Shown: positions 10,601 to 20,026, counted from the stretch's first letter. The stretch is 54,544 nucleotides of DNA from an uncultured Candidatus Saccharibacteria bacterium (GCA_964503525.1 CAZCZY010000034.1:1-54544), one strand, 5' to 3'. Notes: generated by a model not told the origin, from the letters alone. Made by a program: numbers and translations.

Positions 10601-12623
10601 ATCAATTGCGGTCAACGGACTTGGGCAAGTCCAAGCAGTTTTTCAAGAAGGGTTATCTGCATTTGGTCCATTTGATTTGATAACGACAACGCTTTCGTCC
10701 GCAGGGGCAATTGTGTCGCCGCCGACAACCATCATTCCTTCTGCTGGTTTGTCTCTTGCGAGCCTTGCAAGAGCACCCGGCTCCTCGACAGAAGTCTTGG
10801 CAATGCTGATTAATGGCGACCCAGGTTGTGGAATAGTATGCCTGGTCCGAGTAAATAACACAGGATCTATTACGGGCACCGCATCACTTGGCAGCGCGAC
10901 CTCTTTTTCGCCCGATGTCGCGGTTGACCATACTGATGGAAGAATATTTGTCAGCTGGTCTGATGCGATTAGTGGGCATGTCACGCAGATGCTCGATGTC
11001 AATCTAGTTCCGCTATCTGGTGAGGTAGTCTCGCCAATTTTTGGAATATCGTTGTCGAATAGTTACATAGATGTAGACGATGCAACAAATTCTGTTTACG
11101 CCGATTGGTTAGAAGGGGTGCCGTTCTTCGGTTTGGACATGCACGTCGGCAAGTTGCAATACGAGCCCATACCACACCAGCTTTCTTCGTCTGTGTTCGA
11201 CGGCGTAGTGGCGAGCACGTGGCAAACGATGATCGGGCATGCCACTGTGCCTCCTGGTACGAGTTTAGCCATCGATGTGCGAACTGGAGACACGTCAACA
11301 CCTGACGGATCTTGGGCTCTATTTACAAATATTCCGTATGGGCTCAATGGCACGCTCATGACCGGAACAATCCCGAGCACACTCAGCCCGCATCGCTACA
11401 TGCAGTATCGCGTAACGATGGAGCATACAAATGTTTCGCTAACGCCAGAGTTGTTTGATATCGCATTTAATCGCACTGCATTGTTTAACGTGACGTACCA
11501 AGTACAAGTGACCGGCCAGGCGGGAACTATCATCAATAATGATGCAATTGCATCGGCCAGCAATGCGCCGACTGCGACTGCAAGCAACACAACGCAAAAT
11601 TCTATATTGCCTGCGTCGACCATCGTCATTGGTGGCGATGATCGCATTGAGACATCGATTGATTTGTCACAACATTTGTTCCCACAAAATCAAACGGCCG
11701 ATTGTGTTTTGGTCGCGCGCGCGGATGAACCGATTGATGCCTTGCCGGGTAGTCCTTTGGCGTCGGCATGTAATGGTTCGATTTTACTGACGCCAACGCA
11801 TAATCTCGACAGCACGGTGCTGACAGAAATTAAACGCCTCATCGCACCGGGCGAGCCTGTATATCTTCTCGGCCAAGAGGCCGCGCTAGATCCAGCCGCA
11901 ATCGAACCAGCGCTCCAAACTGCCGGATTTACCAATCTCAAGCGCGTCGGAGATCGCGAGCGCCGCGGTACATCAGTCAAAATTGCACGCGAACTTGACC
12001 TGTACGAGCCGCAACCATTTACCAAAGCAATCCTCGCCAATGGAAATACATTTGTAGATGCATTATCGGCGTCTAGCTTTGCCAGTATCCGTGATCTGGG
12101 TGGTGCCAGAAAGCCACTCCTCTTGGTCGAACCAGAGCAGCTTTCTGCCGAGGTCAAGGACTTTTTGTCTGCTACTCCAACGATCACAACGATTTACGAG
12201 ATCGGCGGACTTACTGTGCTCGGTCAAACATTGGACAAAGAAGCAAAAGCACTGCCGCAAAAACCACAAACCGAGCGAATCGCAGGTGCGGATCGATTTG
12301 TCACCACGACTCTCGTTGCCGATCGCTTCTTCCCAATTCCGGTCACGACGTTTGTTATGTCTGGTTTTGGTATCCCGGCACGAACACCCCAAGGCGCACT
12401 GCTGCCAGGTACCGCTTCTGTGCCGATTGACGCATTGCTCGCCGGACCAGCAGCAGCCGCTAAAAATGCGCCGATAATTTTTGTTCGACCAGATAGGTTG
12501 CCAACGCCGGTGCGAAACTGCTTTGAGAATCACGACAAAACCATTGGTCAGGTCTACTTTATCGGCGGCGACCAAGTAATCCACCCGAGCGTGCGACAAG
12601 CAATAATTGATCTACTCAAATAG
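7632..12623 (+). CDS. giant cell-surface protein (1663 aa): N-terminal anchor, DUF11-type domain, three C-terminal CWB2 wall-binding repeats
   Basis: N-terminal TM VFLWFGLIALGLGLLVLTVFAV. DUF11-like VKPGQVLSYQLQVANSGEEAANNVVLTDEMPVGTTYIPGTTKING. C-terminal triplet of CWB2-like units (GGDDRIETSIDLSQHLF..., RVGDRERRGTSVKIAREL..., RIAGADRFVTTTLVADRFF...). Confidence 0.9.
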   Translation: MAKKTSQNKQRVFLWFGLIALGLGLLVLTVFAVTGGTREQSSAQTTFTFTEDFSTTTYQDLSTTADWDTSDGEASLFHGEWTNIQDHSIPGQKALPPNTYAQNPGTVTVNVEIGPDNQPHLFIVSIEFPNSTYWYTHWDPDFYGPNQGAWLKGDNTPGADHLAPGFLSVQASGAHRSWLMFDSNNLPVVAFWDRPIMFGNPVRPYAMRYCSSTTPLPTATIFDQFGNMDCTAAVPHDASTNPSTTCLTDAAMDSQDSLHFLTAYCGSAPLVAATDEYTRWDPVTNAWVKLAVPSVPGADIIVSADQTISEVLIAAFLAVDSNDVVHIGYRNAATTAAPKEFRGIKGDPYGAGIFTALDGTPGYTIVKSWPSGSVNSISMAQNPVTDLPHFSWTVTGSFFDTNFEQTAWDGLQFVKIDGTPGMDAFSLDGILVAAGGTSSWVFDPSRPRGEPSIIFRTASGPLLTYFGRWDGTSFSSHEDKALPEPMPVVGSGGGFSPFFSLAIDSEGIAYAARGKAGSDPEIGIVRWTEEFADVTRDVLASTAVDAIADPILTATLTVTGESRGRAGTDGLAVPVPLNQEGRNQFVDVDCFMANNGTDYFPITIGQEFTFPTVGSRLQWKCEMDSATLLDRPVLDTLSIAYQIAPKVPNLSLSKVLDTDGDGVFSDDGQGVKPGQVLSYQLQVANSGEEAANNVVLTDEMPVGTTYIPGTTKINGAPVADVNGQSPLVSGLPLGDILGGTLTQTDWSGGPGQTLFTDSIKFEQSSGVNFKVPEILRIPTEPLWVDEAFAFPNSSTVTSSGNVRGGLDSVVALADGRVFTVWTLISGEIRGRFLDANGNALTGEILLSSAAPPIANLRPAARQLPNGEIVVVWQTGSFGTPQKIVMRRIDLNGALLTGEVVLASEPFVFFPAGFIGLDTQATFGLAGTSKSPLAVDAAGDIYVSFMRSDATAGCRGAFVAKFDSAGNPLWPGVPHPEVQVDAGGCTVSRAPSIAVNGLGQVQAVFQEGLSAFGPFDLITTTLSSAGAIVSPPTTIIPSAGLSLASLARAPGSSTEVLAMLINGDPGCGIVCLVRVNNTGSITGTASLGSATSFSPDVAVDHTDGRIFVSWSDAISGHVTQMLDVNLVPLSGEVVSPIFGISLSNSYIDVDDATNSVYADWLEGVPFFGLDMHVGKLQYEPIPHQLSSSVFDGVVASTWQTMIGHATVPPGTSLAIDVRTGDTSTPDGSWALFTNIPYGLNGTLMTGTIPSTLSPHRYMQYRVTMEHTNVSLTPELFDIAFNRTALFNVTYQVQVTGQAGTIINNDAIASASNAPTATASNTTQNSILPASTIVIGGDDRIETSIDLSQHLFPQNQTADCVLVARADEPIDALPGSPLASACNGSILLTPTHNLDSTVLTEIKRLIAPGEPVYLLGQEAALDPAAIEPALQTAGFTNLKRVGDRERRGTSVKIARELDLYEPQPFTKAILANGNTFVDALSASSFASIRDLGGARKPLLLVEPEQLSAEVKDFLSATPTITTIYEIGGLTVLGQTLDKEAKALPQKPQTERIAGADRFVTTTLVADRFFPIPVTTFVMSGFGIPARTPQGALLPGTASVPIDALLAGPAAAAKNAPIIFVRPDRLPTPVRNCFENHDKTIGQVYFIGGDQVIHPSVRQAIIDLLK

Positions 12624-12633
12624 TCGTACGATC

Positions 12634-15600
12634 ATGACAAAAAATAACTCATCAATAAAATCAGGACACCTCATTATTTGGGCGACGTTAAGCGCTGTCG
12701 TCATTTGGTTACTCATGGTGACTGTATTTTTACTCACCGGCGGCGAACGCATATCGTCAGAGGCTCAAGATTTTTCTTTTGACGAAGATTTTAGTACGAC
12801 AACATTTATGGATCCCACGACAACCGCAGACTGGGATCCGACAATCGGTGAAGCGAGTTTGTTTCATGGGGAGTGGACGACATTAGAAGATCTCACTTTA
12901 AAAGGTCCGCAAGAAATTCCGCAGCTCGTTCCGGGACTTTACAATATGGCCGGTTCCGATCTTACTATTGGTCCAGATGATCAACCATGGATTACATTCT
13001 CGTCAATTGATACGACGCTTGCTCCAACTGCGCCACATCGCCAAGCAGCATTTAGCCGCTGGAACCCAACCTTTTTTGGACCAGACCAAGGCGCTTGGGT
13101 AAAAATGGATAGCACACAGGGTGCCGATATTCTTTCACCACTCCGACAACAGGGGGCCGGACCTGGACTAGGATTTGATACCGCGGGAAACCCAATCGCA
13201 CACTGGTGGGCTCGACCAACTGTGGGTGATGATACCGAACTGTACATAACGCGTTGGTGTCCGCTACTTTCCGCCTGGGGAAACATGACGTGTACCGCCA
13301 CCGGAGAAGAGCAAATCACTGTAAACGCAACCGCCTCGCAAACGAGCGTTATGGTGGTCGACTCAGTGGGAAATCCGCATATCACCTACGATACTACTGC
13401 AGGAGTTGCTTACCAGTTTTGGAACGGAGCCACATGGACACCGACACCAACAGATCCGCCCGTGATCATTGCGCCCGCTGTGGGAGCGATCAATCATCGG
13501 ATGTCGATCGGCGCACTTGACCAACTGTATATGAGCTTCAGCCCAGGCTCTGCCACTATCGATGTCATTACAAAAACCGTCGGGAGCGGATGGACCAACC
13601 TTACTGGAGGTGCGGGAGCGACAACCGTCATGATTGGTAACATTCACTCTCAAATTACTGATCCAGCTACAGGCGATCCACATTTCTTTACGGGCGGAGT
13701 AAAACATGTCTTTTGGAATGAGTCGGCGGCGGCTACGCCAGGAGGCAACATCGAAAGTTTTTTGAATGGACCTGGTACTGATGAGGATGTTGCACCTGGC
13801 GTCTCGGCATTCGCGTCGGCATTTAATCCGGCAGTAACAGATGACCTGCAAGTCTTGATAATTCCTTCAGCTTTTGCGGCACCAGCATTCTATCACTGGA
13901 ATGGCTCGGCCTGGACACCACACCCCAAAAAAACAGATCCAGAAATAGTGCCGCTGGATCCCGCATTTACGTTTGCAACGATCGCGGTGAATAGTTCTGG
14001 TGTCAGCTTTGTCTTAGGCCGACCTATCAGCCAACCCACTATGCAGATCACCCGTTTTACTAAAGAACGGGTTGACGAAGCGCGCAATATAATCCAGAGC
14101 ACATCTGTTGATTCCACGGATTTACCAATAGAATCTGCCACACTGACTTTGTCGGGTGTTAGCGAGGGAATAAATGGAACACAGCCGCTCAATGTCAATG
14201 GTCGCAATGCATTTGTGGATGTTGACCTCCAATTCTCTAATGATGGTGGGCTTAATTTTTATCCTGCCACAGTCGGTGAGCAATTTATTTTCCCGACACT
14301 CGGCACCAATCTTGTGTACAAACTTACGTTCGACTCCGGTACTTTGTTAGACAGGCCAGTCATCGACAGCGTACATATTGATTACACCACCGCTGTAGGT
14401 CAACCAAACTTGACTCTTCTCAAAGGGGTCGATACCAACAGCGACGGTAGTTTTACCGACGACGGCCAAAAAGTAAATCCAGGGGACACCCTTGCATATC
14501 AAATTCGTGTTGCCAACGATGGCACAGCGCCTCTCAATGATGTTGTTGTTACCGACAATCTGCCGCCAGGGACGACGTATGTTCCGGGTTCGACGACATT
14601 GAATGGAAATCCTGTACCGGATAGCGGCAGCACGAACCAGCTTTTCTCAAGCGGCATTAACGTTGGCACACTCGACTCCGGAACATTTGTACAGGCGGAA
14701 TGGTCAAATGGTCCGGGGCAGACCACGTATGGAGATCACGCTAGGTTTGATTCAGAAAACGGTACACGCTGGCGAACCCCAGAAGTTCTTAAAATGCCAA
14801 CCGACAATTTGTTTGTGGATGAGAGATTTACACCTGAGGGTCAAGCAGTGCGGCTGGATCAAACGCAAGCTGAAGGTGATACCGCAAGTGATTTATTCCT
14901 AGATTTACCGGGCCTCCAGGGTGCGGTCATGCTCAATGACGGTAGATTGTTCGCTACGTGGTGGAAAGATTTTGATGGATCTCCCGGAAGTGGACATGTT
15001 GTCGGTCGTTTCTTTAGTCGTGACGGCATTGCAACCGGTAATGAGTTTGTGATTAGCACAACCCCGCCAGGAACAGAGCTTCACCAAAGGCCTGCTGCGG
15101 TGCAGCTCTCAACGGGTGATATTATCGTCGCCTGGAATCGCGTACAATTTTTTACGTCAACGGAAGTTGTTCTGCAGCGGTTAACGAGTATGGGTACGTT
15201 GGTTGGGACCAACGAAATCGTGATCGACTCGGCTGGTCCAGGGTTCACGGAGTTTGTCGATCTTGATATGAACCCGCTGTTTTTTTTGCTTAGTCCAAAA
15301 AGCACACTTGTAGCAGACGTGAGTGGAAATTTCTATATGGGCTGGACCAAATCGGCGGAGCCGTTCCCTGGATGTGGCAAAGCATTTGTCGCTGGATTTG
15401 ATGCGTTGGCGAATCCATTGCCAAATTTTCCGGCGACGCAAATTAACGAGTCGGTAGGTCCTGAGAGCTGTTCGGTCAGACAGGCGCCATCGCTCGCGAT
15501 CAGCCCCAGTGGCAAGCTCATCGCGGCGTTTTCTGCCGGCACATCTTTCGGTTTTGGAACTAAAATTCGAGTGGCGTCAGTCGATTTTACTGGGATCAGC

Positions 15601-17412
15601 CCTATTATTTCTGGCCCAGTCGATTTGTTCTCGGGTAGCACGTCCTTATTGCTTGGACCAGTCGCGAATATGCCGTCAGGTACGTTTGTTGTTGGTTTTG
15701 ATGATGATGGCGTGCAACTTCTACAGCGGTTTGATGAGAATCTCGTACCCCTGGGTCCGATCATTACGGGTACTGGATCTGGTGGCGCCGTTTTATCCGA
15801 CGTAACTCTAGGACGAGTCGTTACCGCAACATTTGGTTTTGCGCGATTGTTTGATCAGACGCTCACCCCGTTGTCTGGTGTGGTTGGGCTTGGGTTTCCT
15901 GGAAGCACCAATGCAGCAATTGATCCTGGCACACAAAGTATTTGGGCAATTGGTGGTAATAATAGTGAGGTGAGTTCCATTTTCGGAACTTTATTGCAGT
16001 ACGAGCCTTCCGCTCACGTCCTATTTTCTTCCGTAATTGACTCCGGCCAACCAAGCACGTGGGGGCAGCTCGACACAACACAAATTGTTCCGGCCGGCTC
16101 AGAGCTCCATTTCAAGGTACGAACCGGCAACACCTCAACACCCGAAGCGAGCTGGTCGTTGTTTACTGAGGTCGCGCCCGGAGCAGAGATTCCGGCAGCG
16201 CTCAACGGGACGCGCTATCTGCAATATCAAGTTGAATTTGTGCATAGTGACGTAAATGTCACGCCAGAGTTGCACGACTTGACGATCAGTCGCCAAGGCC
16301 TCGCGACGATTGAGTTTAAGGTGCGGGTAAATGCAACGTCCGGTACGGTCATCGGTAACACCGCGACAGCAAGTGCGGCCGGTGGCGCGGTGACCTCGGT
16401 CGCAACCACTCAAAATACTGTAGGGGAGCCAACGGTAGAAGTGATTGGCGGTGTGACACGCCTTGATACAGCGATCTTGGTCTCGCAGCAACTATTTCCG
16501 ACGGCGCAATCGGCGGATGCAGTGGTGTTGATTCGCTCCGACGATCTCGTGGAAGGACTATCCGGCGCGCCACTCGCCGCACAACTCAACGCGCCGATCT
16601 TGCTCACACCTACTGACCACCTAGACGCAAACGTTCTCACAGAAATAAAACGCTTGATTGATCCGACTGATCCTGTCGTTATGCTTGGCCGTGAAAAAGC
16701 ACTCTCAGAAAATGTTGCCGACCAACTACGCGCCGCAGGATTTAAAAACATCCAACGTGATGGTGGCCCAGAGCGAACCGCAACTTCTGCATTGATCGCG
16801 CTACATTTACAAAGTCTAGAACCAGCGACTATCCACGAAGCCTTTATTGCGAACGCGTATGTTCCGGCTGATGCGCTCTCATCGTCCTCGCCAGCATCGA
16901 TCAAAGCGCCAACCAGCACCAGAAAACCCGTCTTATTAACTGCGCCCGATCGATTGTCGCCTGAGATGCAAACATATCTCAACGCGCATCCAAATCTCAC
17001 AAAGATTTTTATTGCCGGTGGTATCAAAGCGGTGGGCAGCGCTGTCGAACAATCCTTACGATCGCTCGCGCAAGGACCGAGCATCGAGCGCATTGCCGGC
17101 CCCGAGCGTTTTGCAACTAGCACTCGCATGGCCGATCGCTTTTTCCCAAGCCCATCGCAAATATTTATCATGTCAGGTACGGCTTTTCCTGGTCGCACGC
17201 TGACTGGCCAATTTATCGACGCACTTTTGGTCGGCCCCATTGCCGCACGTAATAGCGCGCCGGCAATCTTTGTCGCCAAGTCTTCTGTGCCGGATGCTGT
17301 TCGTGACTACTTACTTAAACACCGTGGAACGATCAACAAAATCACTGTGATCGGCGGGCCAAACTCGATCGAGCCAAAAGTCTACGAAGAGATGCTCGAT
17401 CTTCTAAAGTAG
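12634..17412 (+). CDS. giant cell-surface protein, paralog of 7632..12623 (1592 aa)
   Basis: Same architecture as the upstream gene. Shared N-terminal module (EDFSTTTF.D.TTADWD...GEASLFHGEWT). DUF11-like VNPGDTLAYQIRVANDGTAPLNDVVVTDNLPPGTTYVPGSTTLNG. Three CWB2-like units (GGVTRLDTAILVSQQLF, RDGGPERTATSALIALHL, RIAGPERFATSTRMADRFF). ATG 12634 preferred because 12607 overlaps the upstream gene. Confidence 0.88.
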   Translation: MTKNNSSIKSGHLIIWATLSAVVIWLLMVTVFLLTGGERISSEAQDFSFDEDFSTTTFMDPTTTADWDPTIGEASLFHGEWTTLEDLTLKGPQEIPQLVPGLYNMAGSDLTIGPDDQPWITFSSIDTTLAPTAPHRQAAFSRWNPTFFGPDQGAWVKMDSTQGADILSPLRQQGAGPGLGFDTAGNPIAHWWARPTVGDDTELYITRWCPLLSAWGNMTCTATGEEQITVNATASQTSVMVVDSVGNPHITYDTTAGVAYQFWNGATWTPTPTDPPVIIAPAVGAINHRMSIGALDQLYMSFSPGSATIDVITKTVGSGWTNLTGGAGATTVMIGNIHSQITDPATGDPHFFTGGVKHVFWNESAAATPGGNIESFLNGPGTDEDVAPGVSAFASAFNPAVTDDLQVLIIPSAFAAPAFYHWNGSAWTPHPKKTDPEIVPLDPAFTFATIAVNSSGVSFVLGRPISQPTMQITRFTKERVDEARNIIQSTSVDSTDLPIESATLTLSGVSEGINGTQPLNVNGRNAFVDVDLQFSNDGGLNFYPATVGEQFIFPTLGTNLVYKLTFDSGTLLDRPVIDSVHIDYTTAVGQPNLTLLKGVDTNSDGSFTDDGQKVNPGDTLAYQIRVANDGTAPLNDVVVTDNLPPGTTYVPGSTTLNGNPVPDSGSTNQLFSSGINVGTLDSGTFVQAEWSNGPGQTTYGDHARFDSENGTRWRTPEVLKMPTDNLFVDERFTPEGQAVRLDQTQAEGDTASDLFLDLPGLQGAVMLNDGRLFATWWKDFDGSPGSGHVVGRFFSRDGIATGNEFVISTTPPGTELHQRPAAVQLSTGDIIVAWNRVQFFTSTEVVLQRLTSMGTLVGTNEIVIDSAGPGFTEFVDLDMNPLFFLLSPKSTLVADVSGNFYMGWTKSAEPFPGCGKAFVAGFDALANPLPNFPATQINESVGPESCSVRQAPSLAISPSGKLIAAFSAGTSFGFGTKIRVASVDFTGISPIISGPVDLFSGSTSLLLGPVANMPSGTFVVGFDDDGVQLLQRFDENLVPLGPIITGTGSGGAVLSDVTLGRVVTATFGFARLFDQTLTPLSGVVGLGFPGSTNAAIDPGTQSIWAIGGNNSEVSSIFGTLLQYEPSAHVLFSSVIDSGQPSTWGQLDTTQIVPAGSELHFKVRTGNTSTPEASWSLFTEVAPGAEIPAALNGTRYLQYQVEFVHSDVNVTPELHDLTISRQGLATIEFKVRVNATSGTVIGNTATASAAGGAVTSVATTQNTVGEPTVEVIGGVTRLDTAILVSQQLFPTAQSADAVVLIRSDDLVEGLSGAPLAAQLNAPILLTPTDHLDANVLTEIKRLIDPTDPVVMLGREKALSENVADQLRAAGFKNIQRDGGPERTATSALIALHLQSLEPATIHEAFIANAYVPADALSSSSPASIKAPTSTRKPVLLTAPDRLSPEMQTYLNAHPNLTKIFIAGGIKAVGSAVEQSLRSLAQGPSIERIAGPERFATSTRMADRFFPSPSQIFIMSGTAFPGRTLTGQFIDALLVGPIAARNSAPAIFVAKSSVPDAVRDYLLKHRGTINKITVIGGPNSIEPKVYEEMLDLLK

Positions 17413-17495
17413 GCACTGCACTCACACAAATTGAGAAGCATTGACGCGCACGGGTCCGCAGTGCTATCAAAACCTACTTGTGGAGGTGGCCATTA

Positions 17496-17900
17496 GTGAC
17501 AGAAGACTTTGGAGAGTTCGTTAATAAAAGGCGCGAACAGCAAAGACTGACGCAACGAAAACTGGGAGCGATGCTTGGTGTGTCGCCGACCTGTATCACG
17601 TTGTGGGAGACCGCCCATCAATTGCCACATAAGAATCGCCTGGTAAATATTGCACAAGCGCTCGACGTAGAACTGGAAGCGCTCATGGCGGTTTATTCCA
17701 ACGGACGGGCCTCTACGCTAGTCGTCAAGGCCGACCCCTTTGTGGCGCGCGTCATAGATCTCAAATACCAACGCGTTACAGCAGATGATCTGCAGGCGCT
17801 CCTCGATGTCAAAAAGGGGTTTGCACAGGAGACGAGCTTTGAGTTCGTAACACAGTTCCTTTGGCATCGTAAACAATCCCTCTCGCCGGACAACAAATAG
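17496..17900 (+). CDS. XRE-family helix-turn-helix transcriptional regulator
   Basis: GGAGG (17482-17486) upstream of GTG 17496. HTH_3-like LTQRKLGAMLGVSPTCITLWETAHQLPHKNRLVNIAQALDV. Confidence 0.75.
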   Translation: MTEDFGEFVNKRREQQRLTQRKLGAMLGVSPTCITLWETAHQLPHKNRLVNIAQALDVELEALMAVYSNGRASTLVVKADPFVARVIDLKYQRVTADDLQALLDVKKGFAQETSFEFVTQFLWHRKQSLSPDNK

Positions 17901-17916
17901 TTGCCGGCGTTTTTTT
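17884..17916 (+). terminator. rho-independent terminator
   Basis: CGCCGG(a)CAAC-aaata-GTTGCCGGCG followed by TTTTTTT. Overlaps the TAG stop of the XRE gene. Confidence 0.7.
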
Positions 17917-17966
17917 ACTTGCCAGGGTGTTGTACAGTACAAATGCAGCAGATAGCGACAGTCCGT

Positions 17967-18060
17967 GGAGGGATCGCATAGTGGCCGAGTGCAATTGCTT
18001 GGAAAGCAATCAGACCGGTTTATCCCGGTCTCGAGGGTTCGAATCCCTCTCCCTCCGCCA
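17967..18060 (+). tRNA. tRNA-Ser (anticodon GGA)
   Basis: Acceptor GGAGGGA/TCCCTCC. Anticodon stem ATTGC/GCAAT with loop TTGGAAA. Long variable arm. T-arm GAGGG-TTCGAAT-CCCTC. CCA is encoded. Confidence 0.93.
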
Positions 18061-18109
18061 GAAAATGAAGTCACGTGCAAAGATCATCAAGTTTCGCTAA
18101 CATATTTGC

Positions 18110-18349
18110 ATGGCAGATAAAAAAATATCCAACTCAACAGCGATTCTCGCACTGATACTAAATATCCTAGTGCTACCTGGCCTGGGAAGCCTCATCGGCG
18201 GGAAAACGACCGCAGGTGTGCTTCAACTCGTGCTGTTCTTGATCGGCATTCCGCTCACATTTGTCTTTATAGGCATTCCGCTGATGATTGGCATGTGGAT
18301 CTGGGCGCTCATCACTGGAATACAGCTCGTCTCGGAATCCAAAGCGTAA
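18110..18349 (+). CDS. small membrane protein (79 aa), TM2-like
   Basis: Two hydrophobic helices. ILALILNILVLPGLGSLIGGKTTAGVLQLVLFLIG resembles TM2-type small membrane proteins. The family call is weak. Confidence 0.55.
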   Translation: MADKKISNSTAILALILNILVLPGLGSLIGGKTTAGVLQLVLFLIGIPLTFVFIGIPLMIGMWIWALITGIQLVSESKA

Positions 18350-18372
18350 GACCTGCCGTAATCAAACAGTCA

Positions 18373-18948
18373 TTAAATTCTGGGGACGTGTTGCAGCACG
18401 CCACGACTTTTCAGCATACGCGATCGCGCTAAGTCATCGGGAAAAGTATCTCGGTCGCTTTTTCTTCTGACCAAGTCGATACCCACCGAACGATACGCTT
18501 GCGAAACATAAAACGAACAAAATGTCTAGCTCGATGGTCGGAGTGGTAAGTCTGTGGGTTCGCGAAATCGCCATAACACGTCGCGCACCCCCAACTTAAA
18601 CGCCTCCCAGCGCGAATATTCTTTGCCCAGTTCTAATTGTGCAAATTGTATCAGGCGATTTCGCAGTTCAGCGGCGAGCGTTTGACGAATAGAAAACCAC
18701 TCCACATCGCCGGGAAAATGATTAATACTAAACGAGAGTGGGCGCACGATCACACCGTACCCCGGGGCTGCCTCTAAGACCATCAAACGTTTATTCCACC
18801 ACACCGCAATCCCGGTATGGGTATATTCCGATCCTCGCCAACCTTGCAATAATCTATCAGCCAAGCGCGTCCCTTTATACAAAAAAACATCGCCACTTTT
18901 TATTTGCTTACGCACCACTATATAATTGATCTCCTTTTGCCTGGCCAT
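18373..18948 (-). pseudogene. permuted papain-like (NlpC/P60, YaeF/YiiX-type) amidase interrupted by one in-frame TAG
   Basis: ORF 18526..18948 stops at TAG (18526-18528). The same frame then continues for 50 codons, TFCSFYVSQAYRSVGIDLVRRKSDRDTFPDDLARSRMLKSRGVLQHVPRI, to TAA (18373-18375). That tail aligns colinearly with the C-terminus of the neighbouring paralog (IFCSYYVAQAYNASGIDL...GILKHVPHY), including the catalytic Cys motif. Confidence 0.7.
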
Positions 18949-18954
18949 CGAGTG

Positions 18955-19533
18955 CTAGTAATGCGGGACGTGCTTCAAAATGCCCTTCTTGATTAGAGCC
19001 TTAGAATTGGCGACATCACCGGGCGTCGTATAGCGATCATGTTTATTGGGTGCCAAGTCAATCCCGCTCGCATTATATGCTTGTGCCACATAGTACGAAC
19101 AAAAAATCTTTGTTGTCGGTTCCAATTCGTCCGGCGTCCCCGTGCCGGTCGCACCAAAAACTGCGCGAAAAAGATTGCCGGTAACTAATACTGTGGTGTA
19201 TTCCTTGCCAATTTCCTGTTCGGCATACTGCACCAGCCGCATACGCTGCAGATTGGTCATGTGGGAGCGCGCGGTGTACCACTCGATGTCACCCTTATAC
19301 TCTGCAATGCTGGTAGAGAGTGGAATCACGCGTATACCTGGCTTGCGTTTTGCCTCCAAAACCATGAGCCGATTATTCCAGCGCACCGCGATGCCGGCGT
19401 GCGAGTATTCTGACTTTGTGATTTTTTTGATTAGCCAAGACGAAAGCCCATGACCCTTATACATCAAGACGTCGCCATCTTTGACGTAGCGCCTAACCGA
19501 ATGATAAATAATTTCCTTCCTTTTGTTTGCCAT
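18955..19533 (-). CDS. permuted papain-like (NlpC/P60, YaeF/YiiX-type) amidase
   Basis: 192 aa. His motif SEYSHAGIAV precedes Cys motif KIFCSYYVAQAY, the circularly permuted order. Paralog of 18373..18948. Confidence 0.65.
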   Translation of the reverse strand: MANKRKEIIYHSVRRYVKDGDVLMYKGHGLSSWLIKKITKSEYSHAGIAVRWNNRLMVLEAKRKPGIRVIPLSTSIAEYKGDIEWYTARSHMTNLQRMRLVQYAEQEIGKEYTTVLVTGNLFRAVFGATGTGTPDELEPTTKIFCSYYVAQAYNASGIDLAPNKHDRYTTPGDVANSKALIKKGILKHVPHY

Positions 19534-19579
19534 CCCTTTGCCGATAACTATACCGGCTTACTGTTTCTGGGTAAAGGTC

Positions 19580-20026
19580 TTACGTAATTTGCTCGGCAAC
19601 TTTTTCAAGTCCAATTTTGTTGGTCTCAAACTTGAGCATTTTTATTGCAGCTTCTTTGGTTATCCAACGGAAGGCGTCGTGTTCGTCTGATAGCGTAATT
19701 ACGTCAGCGGGCGAAACCTCGGCTCCATAGACATACTCGTGGATTTGCTTACCATCAGCGTCATAGTCAAATCCATAGCCAGGATCATAGATGTTAAGGA
19801 TTTCTGTAATGCCCGTTTCTTCCCTGACCTCACGGCGCAACGTATCCAGGTGCTGTTCGCCCTCTTCTAAACCACCGGTAAGGGGTTGCCAAAAGCCGCC
19901 TCGCGCAGGGACTCGATGCAACAGTAAATAAAGCACGGCATGAGCCGCGTCATCTGCTGTCGTTTTGCCAGGCGACTTTTTGAATATAACGACCTCGATT
20001 TGCGTGTTTGTCTTTATGCGCGGCAT
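19580..20026 (-). CDS. Nudix hydrolase
   Basis: Complete Nudix box GGLEEGEQHLDTLRREVREETGI (Gx5Ex7REUxEExGU). Confidence 0.9.
   Translation of the reverse strand: MPRIKTNTQIEVVIFKKSPGKTTADDAAHAVLYLLLHRVPARGGFWQPLTGGLEEGEQHLDTLRREVREETGITEILNIYDPGYGFDYDADGKQIHEYVYGAEVSPADVITLSDEHDAFRWITKEAAIKMLKFETNKIGLEKVAEQIT

Noticed and set aside
18526-18528. Idea that TAG is reassigned or generally read through in this organism
   Set aside because: TAG ends groEL right after its canonical GGM tail. It also ends rpoD, msrB, both giant surface proteins and roughly 20 other confident genes in the window. TGA and TAA also function as stops, so the standard code applies.
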